Shown here piece after piece: positions 26,294-32,000 of a stretch of 32,000 nucleotides of DNA. The DNA lies in NCBI RefSeq assembly GCF_003028855.1, contig NZ_CP028324.1:4078661-4110660 (forward strand). The letters are read 5' to 3'. Position 1 is the stretch's first letter. Each line of letters starts with the position of its first letter. The DNA is from Pseudoduganella armeniaca. GTDB taxonomy: Bacteria; Pseudomonadota; Gammaproteobacteria; Burkholderiales; Burkholderiaceae_D. Made by a program: the position numbers and the translations under genes. The notes under the pieces are model-generated. The model had not been told where the DNA came from, searched no databases, and saw only the letters and a program-made list of their open reading frames with translations.

Positions 26294-27121
26294 ATGAGCA
26301 GCACTGCAAGCAACCCAGCCCAAGGCGCCAACAGCGGCGCGCTGGCCGGCAAGATCGCCCTCGTGACCGGCTCCACGTCCGGCATCGGCCTGGGCATCGC
26401 GCACGCGCTGGCGGCCCAGGGCGCGGACATCGTCTTCAACGGCTTCGGCGAGGCGCAGGCCATTGCCGCGCTGCGCGAAGAGACGGCGCGCCGCTACGGC
26501 GTGCGCACCGTGCACCACAACGCCGACATGAGCAAGCCGGCCGAGATCGAGGCGATGATGGCCTTCGCCACCGAGCAGTTCGGCGGCGTGGACATCCTCG
26601 TCAACAACGCCGGCATCCAGTACGTCGCCAACGTGGACGAATTCCCGGTCGAGAAGTGGGACGCCATCATCGCCATCAACCTGACCTCGGCCTTCCACAC
26701 CACGCGCCTGGCGCTGCCGGCGATGAAACAAAAGAACTGGGGCCGCATCATCAACCTGGCCTCGGCGCACGGGCTGGTTGGGTCAAGCGGCAAATCGGCC
26801 TACGTCGCGGCCAAGCATGGCCTGGTGGGCCTGACCAAGGTGACGGCGCTGGAAACGGCCACCACCGGCGTGACCGTCAACGCCATCTGCCCCGGCTTCG
26901 TGCTGACGCCCCTGGTGCAGAAGCAGGTCGACGACCGCGCCGCCAAGGAAGGCCTGTCCAACGAACAGGCCAAGCATGCGCTGCTGGCCGACAAGCAGCC
27001 TTCCGGCGACTTCGTCACGCCCGAGCAGCTGGGCGGCCTGGCCGTGTTCCTGTGCAGCGACGCCGCCGCCCAGGTGCGCGGCGCCGCCTGGAACGTGGAC
27101 GGCGGCTGGGTCGCGCAGTAA
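26294..27121 (+). CDS. bdhA: D-beta-hydroxybutyrate dehydrogenase (short-chain dehydrogenase/reductase)
   Basis: 275-aa ORF. Features include the SDR cofactor motif VTGSTSGIGLGIA, NNAGI, the catalytic S...YVAAKHG and the C-terminal VDGGW. End to end it is very similar to characterised 3-hydroxybutyrate dehydrogenases as I recall them (GADIVFNGFG, FVTPEQLGG). Confidence 0.9.
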   Translation: MSSTASNPAQGANSGALAGKIALVTGSTSGIGLGIAHALAAQGADIVFNGFGEAQAIAALREETARRYGVRTVHHNADMSKPAEIEAMMAFATEQFGGVDILVNNAGIQYVANVDEFPVEKWDAIIAINLTSAFHTTRLALPAMKQKNWGRIINLASAHGLVGSSGKSAYVAAKHGLVGLTKVTALETATTGVTVNAICPGFVLTPLVQKQVDDRAAKEGLSNEQAKHALLADKQPSGDFVTPEQLGGLAVFLCSDAAAQVRGAAWNVDGGWVAQ

Positions 27122-27300
27122 GCCGCAGCCTGCATTTCCGGCGCGCCGCACGGCGCGCCGCTTCCCCCGCGGCCCGAGCTATCGTGCGGGCGCCGCATAT
27201 CCAAGCACAGTAAACTTCGTTCCCCCTGCGCCGGCGCGTCCCTATACTTTTGCCAGGGAACGTGCGGGCCGCGCCTACCCTACAAGAACAAGGACAACCG

Positions 27301-29583
27301 ATGCACCAGCAGCCGCTTCACCAGCTTACCTTTGCCGTATTGTCGGCCATCGCCGCCATGGCGCATGGCGCCGACGCCGTACCCGGCGCTGCCCCGGTCT
27401 CCACCGACATCATCGAACGGGTCGAGGTCACGGCCACCCGCACCGGCGCGGTCGACGTGCAGCACGTGCCGGCCGCGATCAGCGTCATCAAGCCCGACAG
27501 CCTGACCCGCTACGGCCTGGGCAACCTGGCCGACATCGCCAATGTCGTGCCGGCGATGACGGTGCAGCAGCAAGGCGCTGGCGTCAACAACGTGACCATG
27601 CGCGGCCTGGTGGTGCGCGGCATCGTGCCTTCCGAGGTGCAGGATGCCTCGCTGGTGGCGGTCTACATCGACGAGATGCCCGTCACCCTGAAATCGGCCA
27701 ATCCGGACCTGAAGGTGCTGGACCTGGAGCGGGTCGAGGTGCTGCAAGGTCCGCAGGGCACCTTGTTCGGCGCCGGCGCGATGGCGGGCGCGGTGCGCCA
27801 GATCACGCGCAAGCCGGAGTTCAACGACCTGTTCGGCTCCGTCGAGGCGGTGGGCTCGCATACATCCGGCTTCGGCGGCAGCAACCACAACCTGCGCGGC
27901 ACGGTGAATCTGCCGGTGAAAGACGACGTGCTGGCACTGCGCCTCACGGGCTACACCGGCAAGGACTCCGGCTACATCCGCAATGCGTACAATGGCGCGA
28001 CCACCAACGATACTTCCACCAACCAGGGCCGCGTCGCCGCCCGGCTGCGCGCCAACCGCGACCTGCTGGTGGACGCCAGCGTCACGGCTTCCAACATCAA
28101 GGGCGGCATCAACGACGCCTACGCCGACCTGGCGCCCTACACCACGTTCGCGCTGCTGCCGCAAGCCAGCAACGACCAGCTGCAGCTGTACAACCTGACC
28201 CTGAACCAGGAACTGGGCACGGCGACGCTGGTCTCCTCCACCTCCTACCTGCACCGCAAGACCTGGTACGTGACCTCGGCCCAATATCCGGCCACGGCCT
28301 TCATCTTCGGCGGCCAGCCGCCGCTGATGCAGTCGGCCTACCGCATCGGCAACGCCATCGAGGACTTCGCCCAGGAACTGCGCCTGCAGTCGAAAGGCGA
28401 CGGGCCATTGAAATGGACCGCCGGCGCGTTCTATGAACAGGGCCGGCGCGACACGCGCCAGGACCAGCCCACCGCCGGCTTCGATGCCCGCTATGCCGCC
28501 ACCCGCAACTTCCCCGGCTACGACTCGCAGGTGAACGACCAGTCCTTCAGCCCGGACAACTACTTCTCCGGCTACCAGAACACGAATTCGCGCCAGCTGG
28601 CGCTGTTCGCCGAGGCCACCTATACGCTGTGGGACCGTCTCGACCTGACGGCGGGCCTGCGCCTGTTCCGCGGCACGCAGGACTTCGACCTGAAGTTCAC
28701 GGGCCTGTTCGGCAACCTCGTCACCGCCACGCCGGCCGTGCCGACGGGCCAGCCGGAGGTATCCTCCAGCAGCGCCACCGCGCGCGGCGCCAATCCGCGC
28801 TTCGCGGCCGCGTGGCGCGTCGACCAGGACCATACGCTGTATGCCTCGGCCGGCAAGGGCTTCCGCTACGGCGGCAACAACCAGCCGGTGCCGTTCAATT
28901 TCTGCGGCGTACAGGCACCGACGACCTTCGCACCGGACAGCCTGTGGAACTTCGAGGCCGGCTTGAAAAACACGTTGCTGGGCCGGCGCCTGACCGTCAA
29001 CGCCAGCGCCTACCTGATCGACTGGGACGACGTGCAGGTGTTCAACCGCCTGCCCTGCACTTACTACTTCACCCAGAACGCCGGCAAGATCCGCAGCAAG
29101 GGCGTGGAGCTGGAAAGCGCGTTCAAGCTGACGCGCCAGGCGTCGGTCGGGCTGAACGCTTCGTACAACCATGCCAGCGCCACCGACACCGTCGTCACCG
29201 GCATCCCGGCGCAGAACATCCCGGCCGGCAGCCGCGTGCCCTACGCGCCGCGCTTCGCGGCCAGCGCCACGGCCAGCTACACGATTCCGGTGGCCGCCGG
29301 CGATGAACTGGGCCTGTCGGCCAGCTACGCCTACCGCGGCGAGGCCTACACCAACTTCGCGGCCAGCCAGGGCAGCTATGCGCGCATTCCGTCTTCGAAC
29401 ACGCTCAACGCCACCGTCACGTACCGCACGCGCGGCATTGAAATTGGCCTGTTCGGCACGAACCTGACCAACGGCGCCAAGGTCAGCGACGTGGTCCCGA
29501 ACGGCATCGCCATCCAGCCGGGCAACCTGGTCTACCTGGTGCGGCCGCGCACCGTGGGGCTGCGCGTGAGCGCGCACTTCTGA
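27301..29583 (+). CDS. TonB-dependent outer-membrane receptor
   Basis: The start is the ATG at 27301 (AAGGA SD). The signal peptide is MHQQPLHQLTFAVLSAIAAMAHGA. A plug domain is present (VEVLQGPQGTLFGAGAMAGAV), followed by a long beta-barrel with a terminal aromatic residue (…RVSAHF). No Fur box was seen upstream. Confidence 0.9.
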   Translation: MHQQPLHQLTFAVLSAIAAMAHGADAVPGAAPVSTDIIERVEVTATRTGAVDVQHVPAAISVIKPDSLTRYGLGNLADIANVVPAMTVQQQGAGVNNVTMRGLVVRGIVPSEVQDASLVAVYIDEMPVTLKSANPDLKVLDLERVEVLQGPQGTLFGAGAMAGAVRQITRKPEFNDLFGSVEAVGSHTSGFGGSNHNLRGTVNLPVKDDVLALRLTGYTGKDSGYIRNAYNGATTNDTSTNQGRVAARLRANRDLLVDASVTASNIKGGINDAYADLAPYTTFALLPQASNDQLQLYNLTLNQELGTATLVSSTSYLHRKTWYVTSAQYPATAFIFGGQPPLMQSAYRIGNAIEDFAQELRLQSKGDGPLKWTAGAFYEQGRRDTRQDQPTAGFDARYAATRNFPGYDSQVNDQSFSPDNYFSGYQNTNSRQLALFAEATYTLWDRLDLTAGLRLFRGTQDFDLKFTGLFGNLVTATPAVPTGQPEVSSSSATARGANPRFAAAWRVDQDHTLYASAGKGFRYGGNNQPVPFNFCGVQAPTTFAPDSLWNFEAGLKNTLLGRRLTVNASAYLIDWDDVQVFNRLPCTYYFTQNAGKIRSKGVELESAFKLTRQASVGLNASYNHASATDTVVTGIPAQNIPAGSRVPYAPRFAASATASYTIPVAAGDELGLSASYAYRGEAYTNFAASQGSYARIPSSNTLNATVTYRTRGIEIGLFGTNLTNGAKVSDVVPNGIAIQPGNLVYLVRPRTVGLRVSAHF

Positions 29584-29587
29584 TGCC

Positions 29588-30547
29588 ATGACGCCGCCCA
29601 CCGCCCAACGTTCGGAGTACCTGGATGGCGCCCAGCGCGCCCAGGTGGCGGCCGAACGGGGGCGGCGGCTGTGGCTGGGCGAGTGGCCGACCTGGCTGCT
29701 GATCGTCGTCATTTACGGTGGCTGGTGGACGACGCTGGCCTGTTGGCGCGAGCTGGGCACGCCAGTGGCCACCGTGCTGATGGTGTGGTGGTGCGCCTGG
29801 TACATGTCGCTGCAACATGAGCTGATCCACGGCCACCCGACCCGCAAGCCCTGGCTCAATCGCCTGTTCGGCACGGCGCCGCTGGCGGTCTGGTACCCGT
29901 ACGCGCTGTACCGCGACAGCCACCTGCGCCACCACGAGGACGCGCACCTGACCTTGCCCGCATTGGACACGGAAAGCTGCTACCTGTCGCCGCGCGACTG
30001 GGCGCGGATGGCGCGGCCGCAGCGCGCCCTGTACTGGTTCAACAAGACGTTCTGGGGCCGGCTGCTGGTCGGCCCGGCCATCGCGATTGCGGGCACCTGG
30101 GGCGGCGCCTTGCGGGCGCCGCTGCGGCCCATGTGGCTGGGCCACTTCGCCATGCTGGCAGCCATGCTGTGGTGGCTGGACGCCTGTCGTGGCGTGAGCC
30201 CGTTGTACTACCTGCTGGCGATCGCCTACCCGGCCCAGTCGCTGGCGATGATCCGCTCGTACTACGAGCACCGCCCAGCCGCGCACCACAAGCAACGCAT
30301 CGTGCTGAACGAGGCGGGCTTCGTGCCGCGGCTGCTGTTCCTGAACAATAACCTGCACCTGGTGCACCACGACCTGCCGTCGCTGCCGTGGTACCTGCTG
30401 CCGCGCGTCTACCGGGCGCGGCGGGCCGACTACCTGGCGCGCAGCGGCGGCTTCCACGTGGCCGGCTACGGTGAACTGATGCGCCGGCACGGCTTCACGC
30501 CCGTCGATGCGCCCGTCCACCCCCACCTGCCGCAGGCGGCGACATGA
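29588..30547 (+). CDS. Membrane fatty-acid desaturase / hydroxylase family protein (di-iron, three His boxes)
   Basis: 319-aa ORF with hydrophobic N-terminal helices and histidine boxes HELIHGH, HLRHHE and HLVHH. It starts 4 nt after the receptor stop. Confidence 0.85.
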   Translation: MTPPTAQRSEYLDGAQRAQVAAERGRRLWLGEWPTWLLIVVIYGGWWTTLACWRELGTPVATVLMVWWCAWYMSLQHELIHGHPTRKPWLNRLFGTAPLAVWYPYALYRDSHLRHHEDAHLTLPALDTESCYLSPRDWARMARPQRALYWFNKTFWGRLLVGPAIAIAGTWGGALRAPLRPMWLGHFAMLAAMLWWLDACRGVSPLYYLLAIAYPAQSLAMIRSYYEHRPAAHHKQRIVLNEAGFVPRLLFLNNNLHLVHHDLPSLPWYLLPRVYRARRADYLARSGGFHVAGYGELMRRHGFTPVDAPVHPHLPQAAT

Positions 30548-31338
30548 ACTGGACGGTCGCGCTGCCGATGTACAACGTGTCGCCGCGGCTGCGTGACGGC
30601 TACGAAGCGTTCGCCGCCGCCCTGCTGCTGCAGGCGGAACTCGATCACGACACCACGCTGGTGCGCGACGTGCCCCTGCCCGGCTTCTGGGCGCGTGCCG
30701 GCCTGCTGCTCAGCCAGACCTGCGGCTACCCGTACGTGACCGGCTTGCGCGACGACGTCACCTTGCTGGCCACACCCTGCTACGACGTGCCAGGCTGCGC
30801 GGGCAGCGACTACCGCAGCGCGCTGGTCGTGCGCGCGGCCAGCGGCATCGCCACGCTGGCCGATGCGCGCGGCCGCGTCGCCGCCGTCAATGAGCCGCAC
30901 TCGAACAGCGGCATGAACCTGCTGCGCCATGCGGTCGCGCCGCTGGCGCGGGACGGGCGGTTTTTCGCAGAGGTGCAGTGGTCCGGCAGCCATGCCACCA
31001 GCGTGGCGATGGTGCAGGCCGGCGCGGCCGATATCGCCGCCATCGACTGCGTCACCTGGGCTTACCTGTGCGAGGAGCGGCCGGCGGACGTCGCCGGGCT
31101 GGCCGTGCTGGGGTATTCCGCCGGTGCGCCCGGGTTGCCGCTGGTCGCGGGGGCGGACGTGCCGGCTGCCTCGGTCGAGCGGCTGCGGGCGGCCTTGCTG
31201 GCGCCGGGGCCGGCGCTCGAGGCCACGCTGGCGCCCTTGCGCATTCTCGGGTTCGCGTATCGCGACGACGCGGCGTATGGCCGGATCGCGCAGCTGGAGG
31301 ACGAGGCTGTCCAACTGGGGTATCCGTCGCTAGCGTGA
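30544..31338 (+). CDS. PhnD-like (phosphate/phosphonate ABC-type) substrate-binding-fold protein, no signal peptide evident
   Basis: 264-aa ORF whose ATG overlaps the desaturase TGA (ATGA). The N-terminus MNWTVALPMYNVSP and the pattern LLSQTCGYPYV...AVNEPHSNSGMNLLRH...IAAIDCVTWAYL resemble the PhnD/PF12974-type binding fold. Family assignment is from memory only. Confidence 0.6.
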   Translation: MNWTVALPMYNVSPRLRDGYEAFAAALLLQAELDHDTTLVRDVPLPGFWARAGLLLSQTCGYPYVTGLRDDVTLLATPCYDVPGCAGSDYRSALVVRAASGIATLADARGRVAAVNEPHSNSGMNLLRHAVAPLARDGRFFAEVQWSGSHATSVAMVQAGAADIAAIDCVTWAYLCEERPADVAGLAVLGYSAGAPGLPLVAGADVPAASVERLRAALLAPGPALEATLAPLRILGFAYRDDAAYGRIAQLEDEAVQLGYPSLA

Positions 31339-31347
31339 GAAACCCGT

Positions 31348-31400
31348 GGTGACAGGCACCTGTTTGCGGGTCGACGACCCGCAAACAGGTGCCTGTCACC
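31348..31400. repeat. 53-nt perfect palindrome (25-bp stem, 3-nt loop), second member of the GACAGGCACCTGT palindromic repeat family; likely terminator
   Basis: GGTGACAGGCACCTGTTTGCGGGTC-GAC-GACCCGCAAACAGGTGCCTGTCACC lies 10 nt after the stop of the PhnD-like gene. It has the same architecture and shared core as 22493..22545. Confidence 0.8.
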
Positions 31401-31545
31401 GTGGGTCTTGCCTGCGGTGCCTAGTACGTAAAAACCCTGATAGGGCAAACCACAATGCGGATAATCACAATGGTGATATCTGAGATCGTTCGGCATGATG
31501 GCTCCATCGCAAAACCATGCAATTCCCGGGGAGCTGGAGACCATC

Positions 31546-32000
31546 ATGAAAAAACCGTTCTACAAAGTGCTGTACGTGCAGGTGCTGTTCGCCATCGCCG
31601 TTGGCGTGCTGCTGGGTATCTACCTGCCCAAGGACGCCGTCGCGATGAAGCCGCTGGGCGACGGCTTCATCAAGCTGATCAAGATGATCATCGCGCCGGT
31701 GATCTTCTGCACCGTCGTCACCGGCATCGCCGGCATGCAGGACGTGAAGAAGATCGGTCGCGTCGGCGGCAAGGCGCTGCTGTACTTCGAAGTGGTCTCC
31801 ACCTTCGCCCTGGTGATCGGCCTGTTCGTCGCCAACATCATCAAGCCGGGCGCCGGCTTCAACGCCGATCCCGCCACGCTCGACACGAAAGCCATCGCCC
31901 AGTACACGGAGAAGGCCTCGCACCAGTCCACCATCGACTTCGTGATGAACATCATTCCGAACACGGTCGTCGATGCGTTCGCCAAGGGCGACATCCTGCA
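31546..32000 (+). CDS. dctA: C4-dicarboxylate transport protein DctA (5' partial, continues beyond the window)
   Basis: Hand translation from the ATG at 31546 (GGAGA SD) gives [93 protein letters not shown]... This is near-collinear with E. coli DctA as I recall it. It is absent from the ORF track because no stop falls in the window. Confidence 0.92.
   Translation, partial: MKKPFYKVLYVQVLFAIAVGVLLGIYLPKDAVAMKPLGDGFIKLIKMIIAPVIFCTVVTGIAGMQDVKKIGRVGGKALLYFEVVSTFALVIGLFVANIIKPGAGFNADPATLDTKAIAQYTEKASHQSTIDFVMNIIPNTVVDAFAKGDIL

Noticed and set aside
27122-27300. Fur box or terminator call upstream of the TonB-dependent receptor
   Set aside because: No GATAATGATAATCATTATC-like sequence is present. 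The GC palindrome CGGCGCGCCG-CA-CGGCGCGCCG (27139..27160) after bdhA lacks a U-tract, so I did not call it as a terminator.
26038-29712. Long ORFs 26038..27213 (+), 26976..28436 (+) and 27280..29712 (-)
   Set aside because: They overlap bdhA and the TonB-dependent receptor off-frame or antisense. They contain no motifs and have an extreme Arg/Pro/Gly/Ala content.
31470-31545. Sigma54 (-24/-12) promoter for dctA
   Set aside because: TGGCTC...GCA elements are present, but the GG-to-GC spacing does not fit the TGGCAC-N5-TTGC consensus in any register I tried.

Overview
High-GC chromosomal segment, about two-thirds G+C by eye. Gene order and protein sequences look betaproteobacterial (Burkholderiales/Oxalobacteraceae-like); this is inference only, since no search was run.

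Layout:
- 0.3-9.8 kb, minus strand: a classical housekeeping block. It runs tRNA-Val x2, thrS, infC (non-canonical ATA start), rpmI, rplT, pheS, pheT, ihfA, a MerR-family regulator, then a NarL-type response regulator.
- 9.9-11.4 kb, plus strand: a secreted single-Cache-domain protein and a CzcD-like cation diffusion facilitator.
- 11.7-18.9 kb: the accessory core of the window, an Rhs/YD-repeat polymorphic toxin locus. A 1610-aa Rhs protein has an unrecognised roughly 345-aa N-terminal region and a colicin-DNase-like HNH C-terminal tip, followed by a SUKH (SMI1/KNR4) immunity gene. Next comes an orphan Rhs 3'-core plus alternative toxin tip whose frame carries an in-frame TAG, and then a second small candidate immunity gene. 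From about 15.1 to 19.2 kb the DNA is visibly less GC-rich.
- 19.2-22.3 kb, minus strand: a 1021-aa patatin-like phospholipase. Its catalytic motifs are separated by about a dozen hydrophobic helices. I consider this the most unusual gene here.
- 22.3-32.0 kb: relA, a RidA-family gene, an alpha/beta hydrolase, bdhA, a tightly coupled TonB-dependent receptor / membrane desaturase / PhnD-like binding-protein operon, and the 5' part of dctA.

A family of long, perfect 25-bp-stem palindromes sits in two intergenic regions. No CRISPR array, transposase, integrase or rRNA was seen. Many long ORFs in the track are antisense or off-frame shadows typical of high-GC DNA and were rejected.
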